In this document: piece by piece, positions 26,861-40,358 of the stretch
Layout: each line of letters begins with the position of its first letter
How positions within the stretch are numbered: the stretch's first letter is position 1
DNA from: the human T2T-CHM13v2.0 reference genome, Homo sapiens
Direction: 5' to 3' (one strand)
DNA length: 64,000 bases
Assembly (NCBI RefSeq): GCF_009914755.1
Contig: NC_060935.1
The notes under the pieces: model-generated
What the model was told of the DNA's origin: nothing
The model's database searches: none
The model's input: the letters and a program-made list of their open reading frames with translations, nothing else
Made by a program: the position numbers and the translations under genes

Positions 26861-27439
26861 AGGCTCCATGCACAACCTCGGCCCCCAGACACCCTCGACA
26901 GGCATCTCTGGACAGCTGTATGAAAAGGAATAGGTGTCTTCTAGATTGTCTTCTTACATTAGAAGACAAGAGGCCTCCTAGGGCAAAACATTGATCCAAC
27001 CTTTCAACAATACCCCAGTGTCCTAATTAAATTCTCCTATTTGCAGGCACCAAGTCAGTGCCTCACTCCATAGACCCGTCAGTGGGATCTTCAGGAGGGG
27101 TAGAAGGTCTAGATTTCAGGCTTCCCAGCCCGGCCTGCTCAGCACCCCCGGCTCCATTCACACTGCTGCAGGAATGGCCGCCCCAAAACACAAGTCACAA
27201 TATGTCACTCTCTTCCTCAAAAGCGATTTCCATAGATCATCACTTCTGCAAGATGTGATCATATGGCCTCGATTCTAAGTCACCACCAATTGTCAGAGGG
27301 CCTTTGGATTAAACAACCAGCTTTCAGGGAGTTTAAAGAAACTCTACATTACATATGCATATCAATTGTATGACTACCCTATTTCATAAATATGGAAATA
27401 TCCATCTTACAGTTGTAGCTGTTGTGAGGGGGAGAAAAG

Positions 27440-27666
27440 GGATTTTGTGGTCAACTGTGTTTGGTAAGTGCTTAGTTAACCTAAGAGTCTACCAGTGCAG
27501 GACTTGTCAGAACCTTGGATGATCACATGCACTGTGCCTCCGTTAGAGGAGTTTACAGGACTCATCTGTTTGCAAGTTTGTTTAACCCCTCATCCTCTTG
27601 ATATTTTCCTTTGGCAGAGCATCTTTCAGGACTGGTGTTCCCAAGACTACACTTTGAAAATTGTTG
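27440..27666 (+). mobile_element. hAT-Charlie DNA transposon fossil (Charlie4-like)
   Basis: tgcaggacttgtcagaacctt...gcagagcatc...ggactggtgttcc...acactttgaaaattgttg; similar to the copy at about 58.1 kb. Confidence 0.55.
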
Positions 27667-27893
27667 GTTTACAGATTGAATATCAAACATCTCAGCCAGA
27701 CCTTCAAGGCCCCTGTGGCCTGGCTCTACCCACCTTCCCTAATTAAGCCTCTGCTCTAGGGTTCTTATGCTTCCTCAACTGCACACTGCCTGTTCAGGCC
27801 TTGAATTTCTGCTTCTGATATAATTTCAGGCAGGATTGCCCAGCCCAATCTAATCCTCACCTATTCTTCACTCCCTCCATCAAAAAAAATACC

Positions 27894-28180
<287 letters not shown>

Positions 28181-28729
28181 ACCTGTTGAGCCTCTATAAT
28201 GTGCCAGGAGCTCTTCCAGGCATAAGTGACAGAGTAGTGAACAAGACCAGCCTGGCTCAGGCCTCAGGGACTATACACTGCATGGAAGATGCAACATTCA
28301 CACAGACGCAAGAGTATGCACAGGACTGTGAATCATGTCAGGTGTCATGAAGAATAAAAGCAGCAGGGGACTAACTGCATTTGGAACAGGGCTCTTTGAG
28401 ATGGGATCTAGAGGATGAATAGGAACCCACCAGGTGTAGGGTGAGGACACAGGTCATAGTGTGTGGGAAGACTCTGCTGGACAAGATCTGGCATATTTGA
28501 AAAACTAAGAGGAAACCAGCACAGTGGATTGCAGTGAATGAGACAGAAAGAGGTGAGGCTGAGGTTGTGCTGGGACTCATGGACCATTTTTTAAATTGGG
28601 GGATTTTATGTTTATGGCAATGGGCAGGGACTAAAGGGCTTTACATACACAGTCTATGGTGTGTAAGACATTTGGGAAGGGCAGGAGAGAGTGTGGGGAG
28701 AGTCTAAGAACTACATCATTATTTCAAAA

Positions 28730-29270
28730 CTCAACCCAAATTTATTGACAGGTGGAGCTGAAAGCTCAGGGATAGGGAAAGGATCCAGGTAAGGCTTGAT
28801 CAGGGTTCAAATAATGCTGCCATGACCCTATTTCTTTCCCTCCATCTCTTGTCCCTCTTTACTCTTGGTGGCTCCATTTCCTCCCTAACCTCAGGATTAT
28901 GCTGCATGGGGCAAGCGGCTGCCATAGCTCCCATCCCATATCCACTCCTGTCCAGACATAGCCAGGAAAAAGCTGATGCTGCCTCCCTGATAACATATTC
29001 AAGTCCTGGAATTGAGTCTTATTGGATCTGATTGGTCTGATTTCAGTCATGTTCCTAACCCTGAACCAATCACTGTGGCCAGAGGAATGGAAGAAATCAC
29101 TGGCCTGGCCTGGGTCATAGGCCTCACCTTTGGAGCCAGGATGGAGGCAGCTTCCTTGGAACCACATGACTTGAAGGAGGAGGAGGTGCATCCCCCAGAT
29201 GACAAACAGGGGCTATGATGGGAAATACAGTGACAGAAGGCTGGGTGGCCCTAAACAACAAATATCTACT
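28730..29270 (-). mobile_element. MaLR LTR, MLT1K-like, within L2 sequence
   Basis: cctaaccctgaaccaatcactgtggccagaggaatgg; reverse complement of the motif in the 55.8 kb copy. Confidence 0.75.
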
Positions 29271-31009
29271 AAAGAAGATACTGAGGCATCGAGGCAAGTG
29301 GTGATGGGGCCTTGGGCCAGGGCATGACAGTGGACATGAAGAGAAGGGATCAGATTTGACATATGTTTTGGTGGTAGGATCAACAGGACTTGGTGACAGG
29401 TGGATGTCAGTGATGAGTCTCTCAAGTTTCTAGCTTGGTAATCCTGAGACAATGGCAGAGCCACTTAGTTAAGATAAAGAAGATGCAAGGCGAAGCAAAT
29501 TTGCAGCTTCAGAAAGGGGATTGGTTAAAAACCTTTCATCCTTCAAGGCCTTGCTCATATGTCCTGTCCTCCAGGATGCCCTCCAGGATTCTGCCCTTGC
29601 AGAATTGCTTCCCCTTTTCTCTACCCTGCCAGCCTTGCGACCTGCTTTGCACACTGCTTGTATCCAACAGCATCATTCATTGTTCCCATCCAGGGACAAG
29701 GACAGTGCCTTATTAATCTCAACCCTCTCTGCGGGCCTGGCACATAGTAGGTGCTCAGTGAATAACTACTGAATTAAATGGAAATAAACTCTTGAAAGGG
29801 AGGGGACCCTCCCTACTCCCCATGAGATCTCAAATCTTGAATTTCTCAGAAACCCATTCCCAATTTCCTGTGTGGCCCAAAACAGGTTAACCAGGCGTCT
29901 GGATTCCTCCCCCTCAGAAAGGGAGGCCACAGCTTCCCAGACAGCTTTGTGTTCCCATGGAAAGCCCTGCCCAGCCCCTCTGCAGCTGCTTTACCAGCTG
30001 CTTTGCTTTATTGGGCTGAGCAATTGTTTAAAGGAAGACATCGTAGCCTGCAGTAAAATCTATATTGTATTTCTAAACTATAAAGCAGTGATAGAATTTG
30101 CTGGGCCTCCTAATGTCTCCAGGAGTAGAAATCACTCTAACCTTCCAATGAAACGCCAACGCCCTAATTAAAGTCTCCAAGGCTGAAGTCTCCCCGCTGG
30201 AGCTTCCCTCCTCTAAGTAGCCCTTTTCTTGGTGAGACCTGGGAGACTGCCACATTCAGCTACAGACCCTGAGAACCCCCGAGAACAGAAGATTCAGATA
30301 GGATCATGCTGAACCCCATTTGATCTCCATGTAGAGCCTACAGGAACCTTCTGGGGGCCCTTTTTGGCCCTCCTACTTCTTGCCCCACCTCTGGGGGCAT
30401 CTAAGGCCTATTCTGTTTGATTTGGTTTGGCTTTTCCACCACTGCTCTTGTCCTAGAGTTTAGACAGAAAGGTCTGGTTTGGGGTAAAGTGGCAAACTTC
30501 AGGAAGAATCCAGCCACGGTGGGAGGGACCCTCAGCCCTTCCCCTTCAAAGGATGGCAAACATCAGAATGAGCTTCAAGTGAGATTTTTCAGAAACAGAA
30601 AATGTCAGAGTGAAAATAGAAGTGTTGCCAGTCTCGCCTCCTGCCTCCGCTCAGTAGAGCCTGTGCTCATGCCGAGATGGGTGATGGCAGGGTGGAGGAA
30701 GAGGTTGGGCCCTTGACCTAGTTGGGTTCCCTTCAAGATGCCCCAGCAAGGACACAAGGTTGGGGCTGGGCTGGGCAAGAGGAAGAGTGAGGTGATGGCA
30801 GGATCTCCAGGTAGGATGTCAGCCTCAACTCAAGCGAAGTCACACGTACTGGCCACAGGCCTGTGTTCTCCATCCTGTCCAGGCTAGCAGATTTGGACAA
30901 CCCAATAGAAAACTGTAATAGGGTATGATTAAGGGAAGGGGAGCTGGAATGGGCATAAAGCTTGGCTCAGTGGCACAAGAAACAGAAAATATCTTACAGT
31001 TTTTTATTC

Positions 31010-31190
31010 AACATTAAGTGCAAAATGAGTCAACAGGATTACGCAGCTACTAAAAAGCCAGTGTGACCTTAGGTTGCATTCACAGAAGTATGGGGTTCTA
31101 AAAAGGGAGGGAGGGGATTGTCTCCTCTTGCTCCTATAGGAATCAACCCGGCAGATTATATCCGGGTCTGACCTCTGTCACTTTATCGCC
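31010..31190 (+). mobile_element. L3/CR1 LINE fragment
   Basis: atgagtcaacagg...gcagctactaaaaagccagtgtgaccttaggttgcattcacagaagtat resembles the CR1 ORF2 3' region. Confidence 0.7.
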
Positions 31191-31689
31191 AAAGAGAGAT
31201 TGGGCCTCCATAACCTGTCAGTCAGTCAAATGCCAGCACATGAGGATATGTGCTCACACTCATATGGATCCTGAAGAATGTTCAACTGTCCTCTCTCTTT
31301 TTCTCCTCTCTCCACTTCTTCTTGGAGGCTCTCCTGCAGTTCCTCAGTTACTCAGCCACCACTGGTTCCACTGCTGGCTGTGGGAGACAGAAGCTCCAGG
31401 TTCTGGGGAGGAGGGGAAGGGAGGGATCAAAGGTTTCCTGGTGTGACCCAGCCTCAGGAAGAAACACCAATCTAAAGCCAGTGGGTCTTACTCGCAGAGT
31501 CAGCCTCCTGCTAGTCTTCCTGTCTTCTGACTGAACGAGTATTTGCCGCCTTTTCTGCCTTTAGCTGTTTTGTTCTAGCTTCAGGATGTTCCAGGCCCCA
31601 GGAAGCGGACGGAGGTCAGGAGAAGACCAAACCCACCCCAGCTTGGAGCTCTTCAGATAAGGGTGCCTGGCGGGCAAGGGCTGTGAACC

Positions 31690-31957
31690 CTGTTCAGTGG
31701 AGATGGAAGGGCTGAGGCAACTGAGAGACCAGCTGGCAAATGGGGAGGCCGGGGTACGATGGCCATCTGCAGGCAGCTGCAGGTCTGTTGGGAGCATCTG
31801 GCTGTGTGGACTTAACCTGACTCTGTGGTAGGAGAGACAAGAGGAGGATTGTGGTCAGTAGAAGGAAGAATTTTCGAAGGGTCTGAGCTAATCCAAGAAG
31901 AGGCTTCCCAGGAAATACCCTGTCATGGGAGGCGTTCAAGGGACAGAGTGGCTGGTC
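31690..31957 (+). mobile_element. L3/CR1 LINE distal fragment
   Basis: aaggaagaattttc...ccctgtcatgggaggcgttcaagggacagagtgg resembles the L3 3' end. Confidence 0.55.
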
Positions 31958-32245
31958 TTTGGTGGGAACAAAAGTGAGGAGAGGTGATGCTGAACTTGAC
32001 TTTGTCTCACTTCTAACAGATTCATTAAGCTGTTCTCTCACACTGAGACCTTGGGCAAGTCATCCTGCCTGTTCCTGCCCATTTCCCAAGCAGCACTATG
32101 AGGGGTCACCTCCGCTTCCAAGATTGTGGACCATCCTGGCCCAGAGTCAGCCCTGATGGCTCTTCCTGGAGGATTTGCTGGGGTCTGCTCTGGAGGTTTG
32201 GAACTCAACCCAGGGGCCCAAGCAGGCACGTATGAGTGAATGTGT

Positions 32246-32475
32246 ATGTGTGAACACACATAGGCACATGGGTGCATGTATGCGTGGGGGTGTGTGTGCA
32301 TGCAGGGGTGCGTGTGTGTGTTAATGCCTATAGACATATGGGTGCATGTATGCATGGGTGTGTGTGTGCATGCAGGGGTGCATGTGTGTGAATACACATA
32401 GGCTTATGGGTGCATGTATGCATGGGTGTGTGCGTGCATGCATGTGCGCATATGTGGGTGCCTGCGTGTATGCAC
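32246..32475 (+). repeat. TG-rich minisatellite, about 3 copies of a 68-70 bp unit
   Basis: atgggtgcatgtatgc recurs at 32268, 32338 and 32406. Confidence 0.9.
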
Positions 32476-33559
32476 AGGGGCATTGGGGGAGATAAAAGCA
32501 CAAACTCAGACTACCTGGGGGTGGCACAGCTCTGTGTCTTGGGACAGGTCACTTTACCTCTCTGTGCCTCAAAAGCCACCTGCAAAATGGACGTACCAAT
32601 AACACCTGCCCCATACAGGTATCTGAGGCTGAGTGAAGGAATGCTTGGAAAGTGCTGAGGACAGTGCCTGGCACCTGGGAGGTGCTTGATCAGTCTGAGC
32701 TACCATTATAGTTATAACAGTGTCCAATCTGCCTCCCTCAAATATTTAACTCCTCACCTGCTGCTCCCTGGATCACCAGGAGAACCCTGGGGGCCAGGCT
32801 GAGGTCCTACTTCACCAAGGGGAGGCTTAGGGACACGGAGTGACTCAGCTGGGGAAGGTCTGTGCCATTCGCAGAGCCGAAGGGACTGGAAGCAAACTAG
32901 TTCCTTCCAGGCTGAGATGGGCATCTCAGGTGGGTGGGCCACCTCAAGGGAGTCTGCCGGGGGCTGTGGGGATACTGGGAGGAGGAATAACTCATAGTAC
33001 TATGGGGGGCAGGAAGTGTGAGCACAGGGGCTCTCCACAGGCCGCTGGGACCCCCACCTTACCCAGAGGCTTTGCTGACTTTGGCCAAACCAGGGCTTTG
33101 GGAACAACATCTGCCTCAGCATCCTCCTTAACTCACTTCAGCTGGCCCCAGACCCTGGTCAAATGGAACTGCCTTCTGCCTTTTCCACATGCTCCACCAT
33201 TTTCTTCTTCTGGAACTTTGCTGAAGCTTTTCCCTTCACCTGAAATGCCAAATCCTACACACGCTGCTGGCCCAGCCATACTGACGTCGGGCAGGCCACT
33301 TAACCTTAAGATAACATCTTAAGTTAAGGTGTTATCTCTGTGCCTCTCTCTCTCCTCATCTGTAACATGGGAGAGTTGGACTTGCTGATCTTTAAGCTCC
33401 TTTCCAAGGCCTAATTTAAATCCCCTCCCCACCACCCCCAGATGAAAATAGTCACCCTGTCCTCTAAAACCCCAAAGTTTCTTGAAGGTGAGTGGTTCTG
33501 AGTTGGATTCATTTCTGTTTCCCTCTGGTGGGTGATGGATGAACAGGTGGACAGAATGA

Positions 33560-33893
<334 letters not shown>

Positions 33894-35148
33894 GGTATTT
33901 GTGTTTTAAAACAGACCCCTGGAGTCCAGGAGAAGACACTTCCCCCATCAAAGAATGAAGTGCTGATGGCTGAACTACAGCATCCTTGGGCAGAGGGTGA
34001 GATACTAGGGCAGGGAAGAAAGAGAGGTTCCAAAGTCAAACAACCACCTAGACAGGGTCCTCCTCAGCTCTGCCCATTTCCTGGGGGCCCCAGGGACACC
34101 CTCCCCAAGGCTACTCCTCCTCTGCCCCCATCCCAGCTCAGCACTCTCCCAGGCCCACTGCCACTTCACCCTCCAGCAAAGCTCCTCTGACCTGACATCA
34201 CTTGCAAGCCCCCTGCAATTGAGGCAGCTGAGTAATCTGTACACAGTTATACAGCCCAGGACTTCCAGTGCCCACTCTAGGGCTCCCTCCACAGCCATCA
34301 TCACCCCTCCGGGCCCTCCAGGCCAGCGTGTCTCTGTCATCACCAACCATCTGTTGATTTGGAGGTGAGGGTGTCCAAGCTAGACAAGGGTGAGATCAAC
34401 CCTCCCCTCACCTCCAACCTTCCCCAAAATCCTCCACCTTTCCCAGCACTCCCTGGGATTTCGATCTGGGACCCCAGAGGGAGAGGTTTGCTGTGACTTT
34501 GCTGTTTCAATTCTCCCCTACCCTGCATCTGCAGCACACTTTCCCCAAGCAAAACCACTAAATCACTTTTATAGGATTTGAGGTTCTTTCTACCCAGCAA
34601 GTTTCCTGCCAATATGAAATGTCTTCCAGGATCTAGGGAAGACGGGTTGGCTGGAATGGCTGTTCATTAGAGGAAGATTAATGGAGCCACTGATCCAATT
34701 AATGTGTTATTGACCCTTCCCTTAATATAACCGGCCAAACAGCTCAACCTCAGGCTCTAGGCAGTTTACTCAGAGCTCAGGTCCCGTTTGTGGGGAGAGC
34801 AGGCTCAGTAAGCTCCACCCCACCCACAGTACCCGGGGGTAACAGAGAAGCCTCTCTCCCATCAAGGAGGGGTGAGAGCCTCACCTCCAATCCCATAAGC
34901 AAGCAGTATGCCAGCTCACATGGATTGAGAGCTTCCTATGTGCCAGGCACCGTGCCAAACACTCTGTAGGCACAATTTCAATAATCCCATTAGTCCCATT
35001 TTACAGAGAGGAAAACTGAGGTTTAGAAAAGTTAACCTGCACAAGATAACCCAGGAAGCTGTAAATGTAGTACTCAAACCCAACAACTAATAATAATAAC
35101 AGCAAACATGTACATCATGCCTACTAAACGCCTTGCATTGCTCTAGAT

Positions 35149-35475
35149 CACTGTTAAGCAATGGAAATAGAATACAGGCCACATACGCACTGTAATCTGA
35201 AATTTTCCAGTAGCCACATTAAAAAAAGCAAAAAGAACCAGGTGAAGTTCATCTTAACAATATATTTCATTTAACCAAATATGCCCAAAATATTATCATT
35301 TCAACATGTTACCCATATAAAAATTATTGGAGAGATGCATTCCTATTTTTCTCATACTAAGTTTTCAAAAGCTGGTGGGTATTTTAGTCTCATGGTCCAA
35401 CTCAATTTGGACAAGCCACAGTTCAAGTGCCCAAGAGCCAGAGGGGCCAAGTGGTTGCCCTATTCTACTGTGCAG
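35149..35475 (+). mobile_element. MER33 hAT-Charlie transposon, inserted in a MIR
   Basis: aaattttccagtagccacattaaaaaaagc...aaatattatcatttcaacatg; 8-bp TSD ctctagat 35141-35148 / gtctagat 35476-35483 (Charlie NTCTAGAN target). Confidence 0.92.
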
Positions 35476-37749
35476 GTCTAGATGCTTTGTGTATATCCAT
35501 TCATTTCTTCTTGGTTAGTTCTACCAGGTGACTGTTTTTATCATCATCCCCCTTTAACAGATGAAATGCCTGAGAATCAGAGAGGTGAAGGGACTGGCGT
35601 AAGGTCACACAGCAGGTGACTGGGATTCGAACCCCGGCAGGCAGACTGTGGAGCCTGTGACCTCACCCCAGTGCTGCACTACCTGATCCTACCAAGCAAG
35701 CGAGGCAGCCGCCCTCACACTGGAAACTGTGAGGCTCCAGGAGGGTCTCCAGCTCCCAAAACAGCCCTCTGCTCTAGGATACATGGCCCTGACAGGTCTT
35801 TAAGACACAAAGGCAAAAGCTGCTGTCCCCAAAAAGCCTCAGAGACAGTCCCCAGGGTGAGTTTTTCCTCCCTCCGTGGAATTAGAAGGACAATAACTGC
35901 CACCACGTACTGGGGGCTTATGATGTGCAAAGCCAGTGCCAGGCTTTTCACATTTGTTATTTCATGGACTCTCCATGACAATCCTGTGAGGGGGGTTGGT
36001 TTTCCCTGTCATAGCCTCAGAAAGGTTAAGTAACTTATGCAATGTCACACAGCCAGTCAGTGGCAGGGCCAGGAGTAGAACCCATGGCTGCGAGACTCTA
36101 AAGCCCACACTCTGTCCTTGAATAGCTAAGCAGACCCCAACACTGATTCAAGATCACTGCTTCCCAGAACCCAGCCCCACTGTCCAAAGCTATAACCCCA
36201 GCTCTTCACCTGGACAGTGACTTTGTGCAATTTCCAGCACCTCCTGCAGACACCTTGCTCATCTCCATCACCTCCTGCACTGTCCCTGGTCCCACCCATG
36301 GCTGACAGTGGGTCCTCGCCATCTGTCCCGTCTCTGCCTGCATGGCCCTGCCTCCTCTCCATCTGTGTCTCTGTTCCCTCATACCTCAAATGTTCCAATT
36401 TGTTCACCACCTAAAGTCCCACTGTTACCCCCTTGGGTTAAGAAATCCCCTTTCTTACATAAAGCACAACAAATACCCCTGAAAGAAGCTATAAATCAAG
36501 GACTCCTCTGTGAGAATTCCTTTGACCGAACTCTGTCCCTCCCAGAGGCCCACTTGTAGGAACTGGAAGCTTAATATAAAAGGAAACAAGGAATTAACTT
36601 CAATCAGAGCTGGATGGGCCCATAGAGATCGTCCAGTCCATCCCCCTCATTTCACATACAGGGAAACTGAGACACAGAGGAGTGGATGACCCGAGATACA
36701 CACTCAGGACTGTGGCTCCTACAACAGTGCCCCTCGCCCTGTTAGAGCTGGTGAAACGTTCACTAGCAAGAGTGGTACCTGCCCTGCACTCAGAACCTTG
36801 CTCCAGGGAGAGGCCCCAGTGCTCAAAAGTCTTGGCAAAGAATGTGCACTCAGCTTCAGCAGGTGGGCAGGAAGGAGAAGCGTGGAGCCCTCTGAGGGCA
36901 GATGAAATGAAAACCAGGAAGGCAGCTGACCCTGCCCTGCTTCCCATCCAGGTCTGAAGGGCTCCCCTAGCCAGGCTCACCCCTCACCCCATTATGCAGC
37001 AGAGGGTGTAGATGTGGCACCCACAGAAAAGCAGCAGTCTTTACCTCCCAGCAAGCCTGAGATGCGGGGGGGATGGCCACCCCCATTTTAGAGATAAAGT
37101 GACTGAGGCTCAGAAAGATGAATGGCCTGGCCAAGGCCACACAGCCGGGGTGTTGCCAAACCCAAAGCCTGGGTTCCTGCCCCTGCCCCAGATGAAGGAC
37201 TAAGGACTCCCAGCCCAGGGCTTCCTCCACAACCCCATGCTGCCCTGAAAATCCCTACTCTATCTCTGACGTCAACTCTTTTATTGATACCAGCAGCCGC
37301 CTTTGCCCTCGCTGAGCCGAGCCGGGCAGCACAGCCAGCCCACTCCACATAATTTGGTGCCAATTAGGAATGAGTGGGAACCATCAGTGCATTCAATTCA
37401 AAGCCTAGAAACAGGCTCTGCAAAGCCAAGCCTTAACTAGCTGGGATGTCCCCCCCCAAACTATCCCAGCCACCCCTTTTCCTTATCTCAGAATCCCTTG
37501 CCACTGCCAGGAGCCCTCCACCACCCATGTGCAGAGTCCTTCCTGAGGATCCAGGAGATCCTGGTGGGAATGAGTCACTGCCCCTGCCCTCGAGGGGCTC
37601 CCAGGAACAAGCTTGGCAATGGAGCACTGAGGTAGCTCCCAAAGCCCTTGCGGCCAAAGCCTCAGTTTCCCCATTGGTAGAAGGGAGATAAGAATGATGA
37701 ACACTTTATAGGATGGTGCTTTATAGCACTGGATCCACCAACCCTTCTG

Positions 37750-38500
37750 ATCTCCTGCTCAGTGCCAGCCATGACTCTGGATACTGGGGACACAGGAAAA
37801 CCATGTCGTGCCCTCAAAGTGCTCATTCTGATGGGAGAGATGGACAACAGACAAGCCTTATATATAAAAAATAACATTTTAGATACTATGAAAATAAGCA
37901 GCGTAAGCACTAGAGAGGGACCGGAAGGGTGGACAATAAATGGTAGTCATTGTATTCATTCCTATTACATTATTTGCTCATCTGGGGCTTGATCACTGAG
38001 TGGGAGTTCATTAGGCAGACAAGCTGGAAGGAAGCAAATTCCAGGTGGAGGACACAGCACAAGCAAAGAGAAGGAGGCTGGAAGGGACCTGATGAGTCCC
38101 TGCAACTGGTGGTTCAGAGGGGCTGGGGTGGGCGTGGGACATATAGGAGCCCCATGAGGCTGGTGAGGCAGGGATTCCAGCCACGAAGGGCTCTGGACAT
38201 GATCCTCAGGAACTGAACCTTCTCTTTGGGGCCTGAGGGGCCATGAAAGGGATTTCCACGGGGAGTAAAATGCCACACTGGCACTTCTGTGTGTCCATTC
38301 TCGTTGCTGCAATGTGCACTGGGGTGGGAGGGAGACTGCCAACAGGCAGACCCATGGGGATGCCGAGGCCCTGACCGGGGCGGCCATGGGCAGGGAGGGA
38401 GGGAGACAGCAACAAGAGGTGTTCGGGAGGCAGATGAGACAGGGCTTGGTGACTGATAGGAAGTGGGAGGCAAGTGATAGCTTGGGGACTATGAATAGCG
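37750..38500 (-). mobile_element. L2 LINE fragment
   Basis: gtgccagccatgactctggatactgggga...tgccctcaaagtgctcattctgatgggagag...gggagacagcaacaagaggtgttcggg. Confidence 0.7.
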
Positions 38501-39943
38501 GTGTCTTCTGGCACACTGTGGGGTGCAGCCCCCAACACAGGCAACCCAGTCCCCTCATGGAAAGTGGGTTGCGATGCCATTAGGACACACCTGTTTTCCT
38601 GTGGTGCAGGGCAGTTGCGCCGCAGCAAGTCTCCAGCCAGCCGTGGCTGCTGGGACTCCAAGCTCTGTGCACAGCACCCCCTCTGCCAAGAGTGCCCTTT
38701 TGGGACTGGCCGCAGTTCAAATAGTGACTCCCCTGGGAAATCTTCCCCAACTTCCTTGCAGAATTAGTCACCCCTTTCCCTGGCTTGTGCCAGCATCTGA
38801 TTCACAAATGTGTTAGTCCTTCACCCACAACAGGGTCCTTGTCCCTTTCTTGGCTTGTCTCCCAAATAGTCTACAAACTGCCCAAGGCCAGGAGTCCCCA
38901 TCCCTTGTTATCCTGGTGCCTGGTGCAGTGCCTGACACTCGGAGGCCACTCAGTGTGTGTTTGCAGAATGCATGGGTGAAGGAGTGTGAGTCCGCTCACC
39001 AAGACATGAACTCCAAGAGGAGAAGATGATGTGTCCGTCTGGGCTCTGCTGGGTTTAGAAATCCTGAGACTCATCCACATGAATGCGCCAGGGAGCTGTG
39101 CATAAGGATCAAAGCTCAGGGAGGTGGTCTGCCAGGGGGTCTGGCCCTCCCTGCCCCTGCCCAGCTCATCCCTATCCCAGCTCTGGAGGCCTCCTTGCCA
39201 GCATTGCCCATGGGCTGCTCTGGAGAGAAGGAGCAGGAGAGCTCCGGAATTTGACACTGTCCATTTCTCCCCTTGGGGAAGCTCTTCTCAGGGGGAATTT
39301 GGGATTCAATTTTCATAAGTAAATAAGCTTTGGGGTTAATCACACCTCCATTTGCATAGGGAGGGATGGGGAGTGAATCCTTCCTTCCTCCTGGCTCATC
39401 CTCCCCAGAAAAAACGAGAGTGGATCCATTACCAGCAGCCCACCCTCCACCACTCCTGGGGGAAAAAGAAATGACATTTTCCTTTTACATTGGAAATACT
39501 TAAAAGTCCCAAGAATAGATTTATAGGAATATTTTAACCTTTCCTTTGATCCTTGAAATGTCATTGTTCTGTGGGCTGAATCGCCAAATGTGACCTTTTC
39601 CAGTAACCACAGGGCGGGGAGCCCCTGCTGGCTCTTTGAAAGGAGCTTCGTATGTTCTCCCTGCAGCTTCCCTGATACCCCACCCCCACTCCTGAAGCTC
39701 TGAGTCAGTGGAAGGATTGGTGAGGGGAGCAGCAAGCAGGGGCTAGCTGGGGAGGGCCAAGCAGCTCCTACCTTACTTACCAAATAAGGATGAGCTAAAT
39801 GTGGGTCCATCACTAGTTAACTCGCTCTGTGGCCTGGGGTTAAGCACATCCTCTCTTTGGGCCTGAGTTGCCTGTGAAATGGGAAAAATCATGGCGCCCT
39901 ACTTCAGAGAGCTGTTACAAGGACTAAATGAGACAATGCATGT

Positions 39944-40358
39944 TGTATCCATCAGTGATTGCTAAACAAGGCTGAAAAACCAACAACCCCCGAAATCAGT
40001 GCCTGACAATACCAAGTCTTTATTCTCAAACTCACAGGTCTGCAGGATGACTAAGGTTCAGTGATCCAGCCCAAGTTCAGCTGGGTGGCTTGTGCATGTG
40101 GGTTGGACTCAGACGGGGCCCACACTGAAGGGTCCTGCTCTTCTCATGGTGGAGCCACTGGAATGCAAGGGGGACAAGCAAGAACAAGCACTGCCTCTTC
40201 TGGACTCAGCTGGGAACAGGACCATTGTCACTTCCACCCACCTCCTATTGGCCAAACCAAGTCACGTGACTGAGCCCAACATAATAAGGTGGGGAAAAGG
40301 CACTGCCTCCAAGGAGAGGGGAGTGCGTATTTGCTAAACAATAATCTAATCTATCACA
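39944..40358 (-). mobile_element. MaLR LTR, MLT1J-like, inserted in a MIR
   Basis: gtcacttccacccacctcctattggccaaaccaagtcacgtgactgagcccaacat...aataatctaatctatcaca; flanking direct repeat gcatgt 39938-39943 / 40359-40364. Confidence 0.85.
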
